DNA from: Flavobacteriales bacterium
Lineage (GTDB): Bacteria > Bacteroidota > Bacteroidia > NS11-12g > UBA9320
Assembly: GCA_020635435.1 (NCBI GenBank)
Contig: JACJZU010000001.1
Span: 361,450 to 425,449 of the forward strand
Direction: 5' to 3'
Length of the DNA: 64,000 nucleotides
The notes below the pieces were generated by a model. The model ran no database searches, was not told the DNA's origin, and saw nothing but the letters and a program-made list of their open reading frames with translations. This document shows positions 18,224 through 27,440 of this stretch, piece by piece (within the stretch, counting starts at the first letter, position 1; each line of letters opens with the position of its first letter). A program made the translations under genes and the position numbers.

Positions 18224-19270
18224 ATGAAACAAACAATGACAAATTCAAGATCAACTTATTCAAGAGCATCCATCCGATCCTTGATACTGCTCGGTATATT
18301 CATTTTGGCGTTCACACAATGTACCAGAACCGAAGATCCGTTTGAAGGACCAAGCATGGCCGAGATCTACGGCGAATTCGCCATCATGGAAGATTTTGCC
18401 GCCAGTACAGCGAGCATTGATTTCTCCACCGGACAGGAAATGTATTTCACGGCACGTTTCAGTCGTATGACCTCCTGGAAGATCGAGATAACCTCCTCGG
18501 GTTCCGGAAGCCGCAAAATAATTGAGGGAAGATCGCGGGTACTCGATGCTTCGAATGCCAGTTGGGACGGCAGTACCACCGTTTTCCCTGTTTTCAAACC
18601 GGGGCAATGCACAGCCGTACTCACAGTTGAAGCCGACAGCTCCACGCACCAGGCCAGCGTGAATGTCACGGGCGGACTCATTCCCGGAGGCAAAGTTGTT
18701 TCCGACTTCGAAACTCCGATCGACCCTAAATGGACACTGTTTGTTCAAACCGGCGCCAACATGAGTTTTAAACCTGAAAGTAAAATAGCTGCTCCGGTTG
18801 GTGCACAATATTTCGACATGGGCGGTGCTGTGGCCTGGGACTGGCTCATTGGGCTGTTCCATGTTCCGCAATCGGCAATGGGAGCAGATGGATTTGACCT
18901 TCCTGAGAATGCCGATCAGGTCTATTTCAACGTCGTGCTCTATCGGCCTGACACGCTGCGTAACGGTTTCCTACTGTTTCGGTTCAGTGAGGATGAGAAC
19001 GGCGATGGCACGTTCACCGAGGCGAGCGAGGATCAATACGCCGTTGAAGTGCACGACATGGATCCGGGATGGAATATCGTTTCGTTCAAATACGCCGACC
19101 TGCAATACCTCATCAACGGATCGCCCGCCACACCTAAAGGTAATGGTGTGAAAAATCCGGATAAACTGAACATGTTATCGTGCCTGTTGCTGGCCGATCC
19201 AAGCAGCGGTTACGCACAAGTGCTGATGGACTATATGGTATTCACGATCGGGGAACCTTTAAAACTGTAA
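18224..19270 (+). CDS. Lipoprotein, putative surface glycan-binding protein (Ig-like plus CBM-like domain)
   Basis: Lipobox-like FTQC; jelly-roll-like C-terminal half (VSDFE, Trp-rich AWDWLIG, acidic loop DENGDGTF, GWNIVSFKYADL). Confidence 0.55.
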   Translation: MKQTMTNSRSTYSRASIRSLILLGIFILAFTQCTRTEDPFEGPSMAEIYGEFAIMEDFAASTASIDFSTGQEMYFTARFSRMTSWKIEITSSGSGSRKIIEGRSRVLDASNASWDGSTTVFPVFKPGQCTAVLTVEADSSTHQASVNVTGGLIPGGKVVSDFETPIDPKWTLFVQTGANMSFKPESKIAAPVGAQYFDMGGAVAWDWLIGLFHVPQSAMGADGFDLPENADQVYFNVVLYRPDTLRNGFLLFRFSEDENGDGTFTEASEDQYAVEVHDMDPGWNIVSFKYADLQYLINGSPATPKGNGVKNPDKLNMLSCLLLADPSSGYAQVLMDYMVFTIGEPLKL

Positions 19271-19271
19271 C

Positions 19272-20483
19272 ATGAGGCGTTTCGGATATATAGCATTATG
19301 TGTTCTCCTGGCCTCCTGTGTTGAATTCAAGAAGGTAGATATTTTCGATTCAGGTTCTCAAGCCCCTGTACCACCGCATATCGAGAACTTCTATGCCCTC
19401 AATGTACTTTCGGATCACCTGAGTGGAGAAGTCTGGTTCACCGAAGATGCAAAATGCATAGAAGTAAGAAATGAATCCCAAACGGTGTACTCCGGCGAGG
19501 GATCCCTGTACCTCAAGTGGAACAAAACAGATGGAGGCTGCGATTGGATCGGACTTGGAATAGGCTGGAATGGCTGGGCTTCGAAAGATATGAGCGCTGT
19601 TCTCAATAAAGCTGCGATCCGCTTCAAGGCCAAATCCAACTCCGGAAAGATCAATTCCCTTCCACTAGCTGTATCCCTGGAAGACTATGGTGGAAATGCC
19701 GCATGGCTCGGATTATTCCCTGAATTCATCACATACATCGATGGAGAAGATTGGGCCACAATTACACTGCCCCTGGAGCGTTTCGGCTGGAACGAATTCG
19801 GCGCCGATGCGTCCAACATCAAGCAAATGATCATTCAATTCGAAGCATCCGGTGAGTGTTTCATCGATGCCGTGAGCGTGGTTCCTTACGAAGGTCTTCG
19901 AAATGCAACGTACCGTGCTACCATAGTTCCACTCGATCGAATTGTGGTTGATGGCGAGCTTACCGATTGGAACGGTCTACCCCAAATGGACCTTGGCGAA
20001 CATAAGGTATCGATCTGTTCCGATTCGAAAATGCTCTATGTGAGCGGCTCAATCACCGATCCCACACCAATGTTGAATAGCAGATCGGGTAAGGAAGCCT
20101 GGAATGGTGATGCCATTGAATTGGCCATCGGTGTGAATCACGAAGCCGCCGGAGGACGGACCAAACTCCTCCTGAGTGATCGGCACTTCATACTTCGGGC
20201 CTCCAACAACCCTGAATTGTACGATGTTTCCAGAGACGGGATCAAAGTTCCGGGAGCTCTCACGAAGCTCGTTCGAAGTGAAGCCGGCTATCGCTTCGAA
20301 TTCGCCATTCCACTCACCTATTTCGGGTTGACGGCCTGGTCGAAAAATGCGGCATACCCGGTCGAAATTGCCGTGGATCTTGGGGATGAATCGGGACGAA
20401 AAACACAAGTGCGTTGGAATAGCCCAAACCGTGAAGGTTTTCATAACAATCCGTCGCTTTGGGGAAATCTGGTTTTTAATTGA
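19272..20483 (+). CDS. Lipoprotein with CBM30/CIA30-like and CBM9/DOMON-like domains
   Basis: Lipobox LASC; GGCDWIGLGIGW..WATITLPLERF..IKQMIIQFE; C-terminal IVVDGELTDW..GDAIELAI..YRFEFAIP. Confidence 0.65.
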   Translation: MRRFGYIALCVLLASCVEFKKVDIFDSGSQAPVPPHIENFYALNVLSDHLSGEVWFTEDAKCIEVRNESQTVYSGEGSLYLKWNKTDGGCDWIGLGIGWNGWASKDMSAVLNKAAIRFKAKSNSGKINSLPLAVSLEDYGGNAAWLGLFPEFITYIDGEDWATITLPLERFGWNEFGADASNIKQMIIQFEASGECFIDAVSVVPYEGLRNATYRATIVPLDRIVVDGELTDWNGLPQMDLGEHKVSICSDSKMLYVSGSITDPTPMLNSRSGKEAWNGDAIELAIGVNHEAAGGRTKLLLSDRHFILRASNNPELYDVSRDGIKVPGALTKLVRSEAGYRFEFAIPLTYFGLTAWSKNAAYPVEIAVDLGDESGRKTQVRWNSPNREGFHNNPSLWGNLVFN

Positions 20484-20494
20484 AATTTTCGATC

Positions 20495-21364
20495 ATGCAA
20501 TCTTCGGTAACACTCCATCGAACAACAATCAATACCCTGGTCTTTCTGCTTTTTGCTTTAGTAGGCTGCTATCAATCCGACCCCAGGCCTGCAAGCTTCA
20601 ATACAGACACGTTCGGTCGAATTGGCGATAGCGTTCGCTTTTCAGGCTTGGATTGGACCGTTAAGATCTATGAAGACGTGATGCACGGACCTGGTCCCAA
20701 TTATTTTTCGGGAGATGAACGCGATGTGTTCCTGGATGAAAATGGTTATCTGCACATGCGCATCGCCCAACACCAGGGCAAATGGATGAGCTCGGAAGTA
20801 GTTGCCGATGAACCCACAGGATATGGAACATACAGGTTTACTATTGAAGGTATGTTAGATGCTATTCCGGATAATATCGTTCTGGGTCTGTTCACTTGGG
20901 ATAACACCACCTTCCAGGAACAGGCCAATTCGGAAGTAGATATCGAATTCAGTAAATGGGGTGATGCAAATGCCAAGCGCACACTGCAATATGGCGTACA
21001 ACCGATCAATTTTGGTCCATACTATCCGGAACGTGATTTTGTGCCGGAATACGTCCCCGGAACAATGAATGGGGTGAGCGTTCATGAATTCACCTGGACC
21101 GACAAACTGATCACCTGGAGATCCTACGCAGGAGATCGGGTAGATCCGACGCGCTTGATCGGAGAATGGAGTTTCGATCAGAGCAACCCGGGTCGCGTGA
21201 AGAACGAAGGCGGTCGATCATCCAAACCAATTGTTATTCCGGCTCCCGGCAATGAAACGTCGGCCCGGATCAACTTCTGGATCCTGACCGGAATCGCACC
21301 CGGCCCCAAGGACAATGCACGGCACGAGGTCATCATCCGCAAATTCGAATATCTGCCTCTCTAG
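20495..21364 (+). CDS. GH16 lipoprotein with an E-x-D-x-E motif (no beta-bulge)
   Basis: GPGPNYFS, GYLHMRI, GYGTYRF, LGLFTWD, SEVDIEFSKWG; lipobox LVGC. ATG at 20495 preferred. Confidence 0.75.
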   Translation: MQSSVTLHRTTINTLVFLLFALVGCYQSDPRPASFNTDTFGRIGDSVRFSGLDWTVKIYEDVMHGPGPNYFSGDERDVFLDENGYLHMRIAQHQGKWMSSEVVADEPTGYGTYRFTIEGMLDAIPDNIVLGLFTWDNTTFQEQANSEVDIEFSKWGDANAKRTLQYGVQPINFGPYYPERDFVPEYVPGTMNGVSVHEFTWTDKLITWRSYAGDRVDPTRLIGEWSFDQSNPGRVKNEGGRSSKPIVIPAPGNETSARINFWILTGIAPGPKDNARHEVIIRKFEYLPL

Positions 21365-21718
21365 AATCTACGGCATGATCTGTCAGGTTTGTCTCGTATC
21401 AGCGCAAACTACACCGATCAACTCCAAAACAACTATCTGGGCTGAAACTGAATATTAGATGGATACAGCGAACCATGCATTTTCTCCATGTCAGAGCTAA
21501 GTTCACCTGATCATTCAGACATCAGTTTAAAAAAAGGATTTTGGCATCGCTTATAAGTTGTAATAATCTTCATAAAGTAATTCCTTTGCAAAATTCCATT
21601 AATGAGACAGCTACATCGAATCATCGAAAATTAACACATTAGATCTATGACAAAAACACTTTACTCCGTAGAGAACTTACGGATATCGATTCCATCCCGG
21701 AATCAAAACCTCAAGAGC

Positions 21719-22975
21719 ATGAAACCATTTCTTTTAACAATGCTCTTGGGTATTCTATGGACCTCGGCATTTTCAGGACCTGCCACTCCAGGTAAGGCAT
21801 TGCACTTCGACGGATCAAACGATTGGGTTGATGTTGGCACCACGTTGCCCAATCTCCCGCAAGGCAATTCGCCCTGGACGGTTGAAGTTTGGGTTAAAAC
21901 GTCGCAAACCTCCATTGGAAACATTGTGAGCTGGGGCAATCGATCCACTAATAATCGCGTAGGTGTCGCCGTGAGAAGTAACGGTGCTGCCTTTATCGGT
22001 CAGTTTAACGACTTAACCCCGGGAAATACTGCCTTGATCAATAATGGTTCCTGGCATCACGTTGCTGTGGTGTGTCGGGGTACAACATCAAACAATATAC
22101 AGATCTATGTGGACGGATCACTTAAGTCGCAGGGACTTGGAGCTTTAAACGTTTCCGGTCAGGCTTTGCGACTTGGCCGAATCAGCAATCCGGATAATGA
22201 TGAATACTATGGTGGTACGATGGATGAAGTGCGCATTTGGAACTATGCGCGAACTTCAACAGAAATAAACGCCCAAAAAGATCAAGAGCTTCTCGGCTGT
22301 GAATCAGGTCTCATCGCCTATTACAACTTCAACCAGGGAGAAGCCGGGGGTAATAATTCAACGGAGGATGAGTTAAATGATGGTACCGGAAATAACAATA
22401 TCGGTACCCTGGTGAATTTTGCGTTGACAGGTAGTACGTCCAACTGGGTGGGTGATGCACCTACCCTCACGCCTGCAACTTCCACACCCATAACCTGCCA
22501 GATCGTGAATGCAACCACAACCTGCATAGGAGAGAGTAATGGCACGGCAACTGTGAATGTAATCGACGCAGCTAACGGATCGATCGATTACAGTTGGAGC
22601 GGTGGATCGAACAGTTCCAACAGTACCACTCAGTTGATCACAGGATTGGCTGTGGGAACTTATGTAGTAACGGTTACACAATGCAGCCAAACAACTACAT
22701 GTGCCGTAACCATCACCCAAGGCTTCGATTTAAAAGTTTTTGCCCGCCCCTCCTCATTTGGGCAGCACAATATTTCAACCGCCAACGGATCCGATGGTAG
22801 CCTCCGAACGTTGGTACAGGGAGGTGTTGAACCCTATTCCTATTCCTGGAGAGGACCATCTACGGCAAGCGGCTCATGGCCTACCGGTCTCAGCGCAGGC
22901 ACCTATTTTCTGGAAGTAACGGATGACAATGGGTGCAAGGGATTACTCGGTCCATGGTATTTATCGGCACCCTGA
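21719..22975 (+). CDS. Secreted LamG-like jelly-roll protein with SprB-type repeats
   Basis: ALHFDGSNDWV, WTVEVWVK, WHHVAVV, GTMDEVRIWNYART, LIAYYNFNQG; repeats YSYSW..TGL.AGTY..VTD.NGC. ATG at 21719 gives a signal peptide. Confidence 0.8.
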   Translation: MKPFLLTMLLGILWTSAFSGPATPGKALHFDGSNDWVDVGTTLPNLPQGNSPWTVEVWVKTSQTSIGNIVSWGNRSTNNRVGVAVRSNGAAFIGQFNDLTPGNTALINNGSWHHVAVVCRGTTSNNIQIYVDGSLKSQGLGALNVSGQALRLGRISNPDNDEYYGGTMDEVRIWNYARTSTEINAQKDQELLGCESGLIAYYNFNQGEAGGNNSTEDELNDGTGNNNIGTLVNFALTGSTSNWVGDAPTLTPATSTPITCQIVNATTTCIGESNGTATVNVIDAANGSIDYSWSGGSNSSNSTTQLITGLAVGTYVVTVTQCSQTTTCAVTITQGFDLKVFARPSSFGQHNISTANGSDGSLRTLVQGGVEPYSYSWRGPSTASGSWPTGLSAGTYFLEVTDDNGCKGLLGPWYLSAP

Positions 22976-22994
22976 TGAAAACCATGAAAGAATA

Positions 22995-23027
22995 AAAAAG
23001 GTCGATGCCGAAAGCATCGACCTTTTT
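22995..23027 (+). terminator. Intrinsic terminator
   Basis: Perfect 14-bp stem AAAAAGGTCGATGC-CGAAA-GCATCGACCTTTTT. Confidence 0.9.
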
Positions 23028-23155
23028 GTTTGTCGCGAATCTGAATTCACCGATCAACAAACACCCATCTATGCTTCAATCCAAACTTTTCATTAACCTG
23101 AATTTTATGATCTCCCGGAGCTTATCCTTGATATAACCTGAAAAGTCTCAATCTT

Positions 23156-24177
23156 ATGTACCTGAAAATGTTGCTGTGGACACTTGTATTCCTGTTGTCC
23201 CAGTCTGTAGATGCGCAAATCGGACAAGTTTTGGATCAGAAAAAACCCGATATCGCCGGAACCTGGATCTACAACAATTACGGATATGAAGTTCGCTTGA
23301 TCTTACTGAAGGACGGAAGTGGCGAAATGGCCGGATTGCCGTTCACGTACGTAACGGAAGGGAATGTCCTCAGCATTTCGGGTTCCTCGGGTACCACGAA
23401 ATATAAGTATGGACTTTCTGAAAATACATTGACCCTTTCGGAAGGTGATCTGGAAACACCCGTGAGCTTTCAGCGGAATGCGAATGACTTGATCAAAGCA
23501 GAACCTCAGGGGACATCGGAGAACAACGTTCAGGAAAGCAGATTTCAAACGATATTATTGGCACCTGGCAAGGTACAGGCGGAGTTTTATCCTTCGACGA
23601 AAAAGGTATCATGAATTTCAATTCCGTCGACTACCGGTACACTGCGAAGAATGGTTTGCTCACACTCACCGGGAGCGATGGCATACTCCATTTCAACTAT
23701 ACGCTGACCGGAAACACATTGACCCTCTCCATCGGCGGCCAGTCGGCTCTATATACCCGAACCGACACGAAACCCGCTCAGAACAACAACTTGGCTCAAC
23801 CGAACAGCAACACCACGATCGATGCAAGCATGGTTGGCAAGTGGTGTGTATCTTCCACATATACGAACTATCAACAAGGTGGAGGTTCCAGTCATTCGGA
23901 ATGCGTTGTCCTAAAACCCGACGGCACCTATGAGTACAGTTCCGAAGGAAGCATCTCCGGGTACTCTCATGATCAGTCGATCTACGGATTTGGAAATAGT
24001 GCGGGAAACGACAGAGGAACATGGAAAGTGCAAGGCAATACCTTGATCGCAACCTCGCAGATCACCAACCAAACAAAGCAATACCAGTTCTCCAAGAGAA
24101 ACAACAAGAACGGTGACCCGATGCTCGTTATCGACGGAAAAGAATTCGTGACGTACTATCAAAAATCCTCTTGGTGA
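23156..24177 (+). pseudogene. Frameshifted exported protein with three lipocalin-like beta repeats (ORFs 23156-23614 and 23611-24177)
   Basis: The second ORF's frame is open from 23488 and reads DIIGTWQGTGGVLSFDEKG before its ATG, paralleling DIAGTWIYNN in ORF1 and MVGKWCV later. One added base would join them. Confidence 0.65.
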
Positions 24178-24210
24178 AACGTGCTTGATGGTGCTCCGAT
24201 TCGACCTCTA

Positions 24211-24818
24211 TCATTCTAAGGTTAGAAGCAAGATGATGAATACCGCAACAGCCAAAGCCAGCAGTCCCCGGAGTATCTGTTTACTGCTGAGGTGCAGAAA
24301 CCAATGATTCAGTAACAGAAATATACCGCCGAATACAACGATCAGTAACAAAATAGCCACCGCAGTAAGCAGGGCATCCTCCATCACATCCCGGGGTACC
24401 TTTGACTGGCGTTTCTCCTCATTTTCAACCTCCGGGGAAGATTTTCGGAACACAATGACGGTTTGAAGGGGCGATCCGCGAAGCAATCTCCTTTTCGACT
24501 GTATTAAAACGGCTCGTGCCCGCTGAGTGGCTGTTTGGTCCGTAACCGAACCTTTGTTTGGGTTTGGGTTTGGGTCTGTCTCCCCCTCGAACTCATTTTC
24601 CAACGCCACAAGTGATCCCTGATCAGTTGACCGGTTGATCGGTGTACTCTTAAGAACGCCTTGCCGAACCTCTTTTTTGTTGGAGATAGTTACAAGCGTT
24701 TCATGTTTCCCCCCAATTCTGATCGTTCGGTTGGCGTAGCGTCGCTGCGTGCATGAACTCAGTACGATGCCACATAAGGCTAGAAGCAATAAAAACTGCC
24801 CTTGGTATGGATTCGCAT
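24211..24818 (-). CDS. Hypothetical lipoprotein-like membrane protein, possibly frameshifted in its signal peptide
   Basis: LLLLALCGIVLSSC lipobox, low-complexity middle, two C-terminal TM helices. The nearest ATG (24818) is one base out of frame across a T5 run; an in-frame TTG is an alternative start. Confidence 0.5.
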
Positions 24819-24862
24819 CCAACCAAGGTACAGTTTCAAAATTAAATACGGTTTGTAACAGG

Positions 24863-26041
24863 TTAACGAACAACCGATACCGGGTGCATGATCCTGTTTC
24901 CGCCTGATCGGATCAATAAATAATACAAACCGTTCGCAACGTCCGGAACGGTAAGGGTTACAGAATTGTCTTCGCTTTGAACGAACCAACTGTGCAGAAT
25001 ACGACCCTCCATGGAAATTAGTTCAACACTGCCGATCGAACCTGGCTGAGCTAACGTGATGTTCCACTCCGAAGTTGCAGGATTAGGATATACCTTGAAG
25101 TTTCCCGCCACCTCTTGTATACCTATGTTGAAACAATTGGTCAACTCCGCCCAGGTATCATCCATGCGCACATATTCAATGATCTGCCAATTACCGGAGG
25201 CACTACTGAGCGTATGCGAACAAAGAAAACTGGAAGTGTCCTTAAAAAATGCAGGTATGTAAAAGTATTCATTGGAAGTGGATTGGGTAACCCGTGTCCA
25301 ATCCGATCCGTCGGCATTCGCAATGATCACATCAGAACCCTCATTTCCAACTGCTTTGCGGTACTCGGTAGTGCTGAATATGATCTTCTGACCATCCTTG
25401 CTGAAACTCAATCCGAACTCTGCAAAACCGAACGAATTCGGTTTGGTGATCGTATCAAGGTCAGTTCCGTCCGGATTCATGCTCACATAGTAATTATCAG
25501 CATTGTAAGCCTTCTGAAAATAGATCCTGGAACCGGAAGGATTGAACTGGGGTGCGCTATTCCAAAAAGCTCCCGGATCATCGGTCAATTTCACTTCATT
25601 GCTCCCATCCGAATCCATGATGTAGATCTCGGGGTAATTATAATCGTCCCATCCCTCACAAACAATTTTAGATGCATCCGGCGACCAGTTCGGAAATCCG
25701 CGATGTCGGGAACCTGAAGATACTCGTGCAGGTTCAGTCCCATCTGCATTCATCACCCAAACCTGGGCGGAACCATAAGAACCAAGTTGATAGAGAACTT
25801 TACTGCCATCAGGACTCACTGCCGGATTGGACTCTTCAGCTGCCGTAGAGGTGAGCTGCTCAAGTCCGGAACCATCGGACAGACAACGGTAAATGTCGTA
25901 ATTACCGGCACGATTGGAAGAGAAATAGATGTACTTGCCATCCATGGAAACCTCCGCCTGTAGGTTTGCACAATTCGTTTGAGCAAAAAGCTGAAACGGG
26001 ATGGCCGCTATTGCGATGATCAATAAAAACCGACGTTTCAT
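24863..26041 (-). CDS. TolB/PD40-repeat beta-propeller protein with T9SS type-A CTD
   Basis: Repeated SPDGSKV / WSPDASKI / FSKDGQKI; C-terminal VYPNPA..NGLYYL. Confidence 0.88.
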   Translation of the reverse strand: MKRRFLLIIAIAAIPFQLFAQTNCANLQAEVSMDGKYIYFSSNRAGNYDIYRCLSDGSGLEQLTSTAAEESNPAVSPDGSKVLYQLGSYGSAQVWVMNADGTEPARVSSGSRHRGFPNWSPDASKIVCEGWDDYNYPEIYIMDSDGSNEVKLTDDPGAFWNSAPQFNPSGSRIYFQKAYNADNYYVSMNPDGTDLDTITKPNSFGFAEFGLSFSKDGQKIIFSTTEYRKAVGNEGSDVIIANADGSDWTRVTQSTSNEYFYIPAFFKDTSSFLCSHTLSSASGNWQIIEYVRMDDTWAELTNCFNIGIQEVAGNFKVYPNPATSEWNITLAQPGSIGSVELISMEGRILHSWFVQSEDNSVTLTVPDVANGLYYLLIRSGGNRIMHPVSVVR

Positions 26042-26184
26042 GATACTAGATATTTAGGGTGAAGTAACACATTCGAAGTACACTACCTCAAATCCTATTT
26101 CCAATGACAATCGACATATTAATCACTGATTTTCAGAAGGTTAAATTCGAAATGAAGGAAGAAGGGTCATTGGGATGAACGCAC

Positions 26185-26211
26185 AAAAAAACCCCGCCTG
26201 AGGCGGGGTTT
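26185..26211 (-). terminator. Intrinsic terminator of the fasciclin gene
   Basis: AAACCCCGCC-TGA-GGCGGGGTTT hairpin with an upstream A run (T run on the minus strand). Confidence 0.85.
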
Positions 26212-26240
26212 AGCAAAAGTAAAGCGCATGAAATTGCCTC

Positions 26241-27206
26241 CTATGGAAGCAATACGGTATTCACAACATGGATCACTCCATTTGTACCCTGAACATCAGT
26301 GATGATGATGTCAGCTCTCTGATCGCTGCTGGTGAGTAATTGTGCTCCTGTATCGAGATCAACTGTGAGCTTTCCACCCAATGTCGTGATCTCCTGGGCA
26401 TCGGTTAATTCTGCGGATTGTACGTTCGCCATGTTTACAACGTGGTAGCTTAAAACCGCTTCCAAAGTTGCCACAGGTATATCAGCCAATGTGTTCCAAT
26501 CCGGATTAGAGTCAAGTAATGCCTGAAAAGCTGCATTGGTAGGGGCAAATACCGTAAAAGGTCCATCCCCACTCAAAGTACCAACGAAGTCGGCGCTTAG
26601 GTCAGAACGCGTCAATGCGGCAACCAAACTGCTGAAATTTTCATTCCCCAGAGCAATATCTACCACACTCGGTGGCATCATAACCGCATCGATGATATGA
26701 ACCACACCATTGCTTGCAGCGACATCTACTTTTGAAGGAGATGCACTGTTATTAAATTTAACTCCACCTGATACTTGGATCTTCAGAGAGATGGCTTTGT
26801 CATTCGGCCCGGTGCTCAATGTAGAAACATAACCATCGGTGAGGTCGCCCGACTTCACATTACCGCTTACTACGTGAAACAACAGTACACTCTTCAGTAC
26901 GTCTACGTCGATATCGTCGATGCTGTTCCAATTCGGATTGGAATCCAATAGCTTCTGAAAAGCATCATTTGTTGGTGCAAAAACAGTGAAGGGACCGTCG
27001 CCTTGAAGTGCGCTCACAAGATCTGCCCGAACCAGCGCCGCCTCCAACATATTCAGATCGTCGGTACCTGTTGCCAGATCTACAATACTCGGTGTTGTCG
27101 TTACCGGATCATTTACCACCGGATCATCGTCATCGTCTGAACATGAGCTCACAAACAAGGAACCCGCCAGTAAAATACTGAATAAGAATAAGTTACTTTT
27201 TTTCAT
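26241..27206 (-). CDS. Fasciclin (FAS1) two-domain lipoprotein
   Basis: Lipobox VSSC; two copies of GDGPFTVFAPTN.AF and NGV(V/I)H(I/V)(I/V). Confidence 0.93.
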   Translation of the reverse strand: MKKSNLFLFSILLAGSLFVSSCSDDDDDPVVNDPVTTTPSIVDLATGTDDLNMLEAALVRADLVSALQGDGPFTVFAPTNDAFQKLLDSNPNWNSIDDIDVDVLKSVLLFHVVSGNVKSGDLTDGYVSTLSTGPNDKAISLKIQVSGGVKFNNSASPSKVDVAASNGVVHIIDAVMMPPSVVDIALGNENFSSLVAALTRSDLSADFVGTLSGDGPFTVFAPTNAAFQALLDSNPDWNTLADIPVATLEAVLSYHVVNMANVQSAELTDAQEITTLGGKLTVDLDTGAQLLTSSDQRADIIITDVQGTNGVIHVVNTVLLP

Positions 27207-27428
27207 AGTTGCTTAAATGTTTGATCGTTCAACCTGTCGATGACAGTTTTGTTTAACCTTTATGAGCAATAAGTTCAACAAATACATTGTGCTGACATAC
27301 TGCGGATCGAAATATGAGATTGCGGCCATCGTGAAGGAGCCATTCCCCTTTTAAACGGATCCACTGTGTTCCATGAAACAGGACAGGTTCCCTGATATTG
27401 GCTTGCTCCCCTTTCGAAAACCTTGACT

Positions 27429-27436
27429 TATCTTTG
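27429..27436 (+). promoter_or_regulatory. -7 element TATCTTTG, 4 nt before the ATG
   Basis: Exact TAnnTTTG match. Confidence 0.6.
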
Positions 27437-27440
27437 AAGT

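Noticed and set aside
21573-21590. TAAAGTA as a third operator copy upstream of the LamG gene
   Set aside because: Only one half-site; the TACT arm is missing.
23094-23142. TAACCTGAA direct repeat, 40 bp apart, upstream of 23156
   Set aside because: Two 9-mers in AT-rich DNA could be chance, and there is no cognate regulator or further copy.
24557-24574. (TTTGGG)3 telomere-like microsatellite
   Set aside because: It encodes PNPNPN in a low-complexity linker of the minus-strand gene.
26241-27206. Internal duplication in the fasciclin lipoprotein
   Set aside because: Two FAS1 domains is the ordinary architecture for this family.
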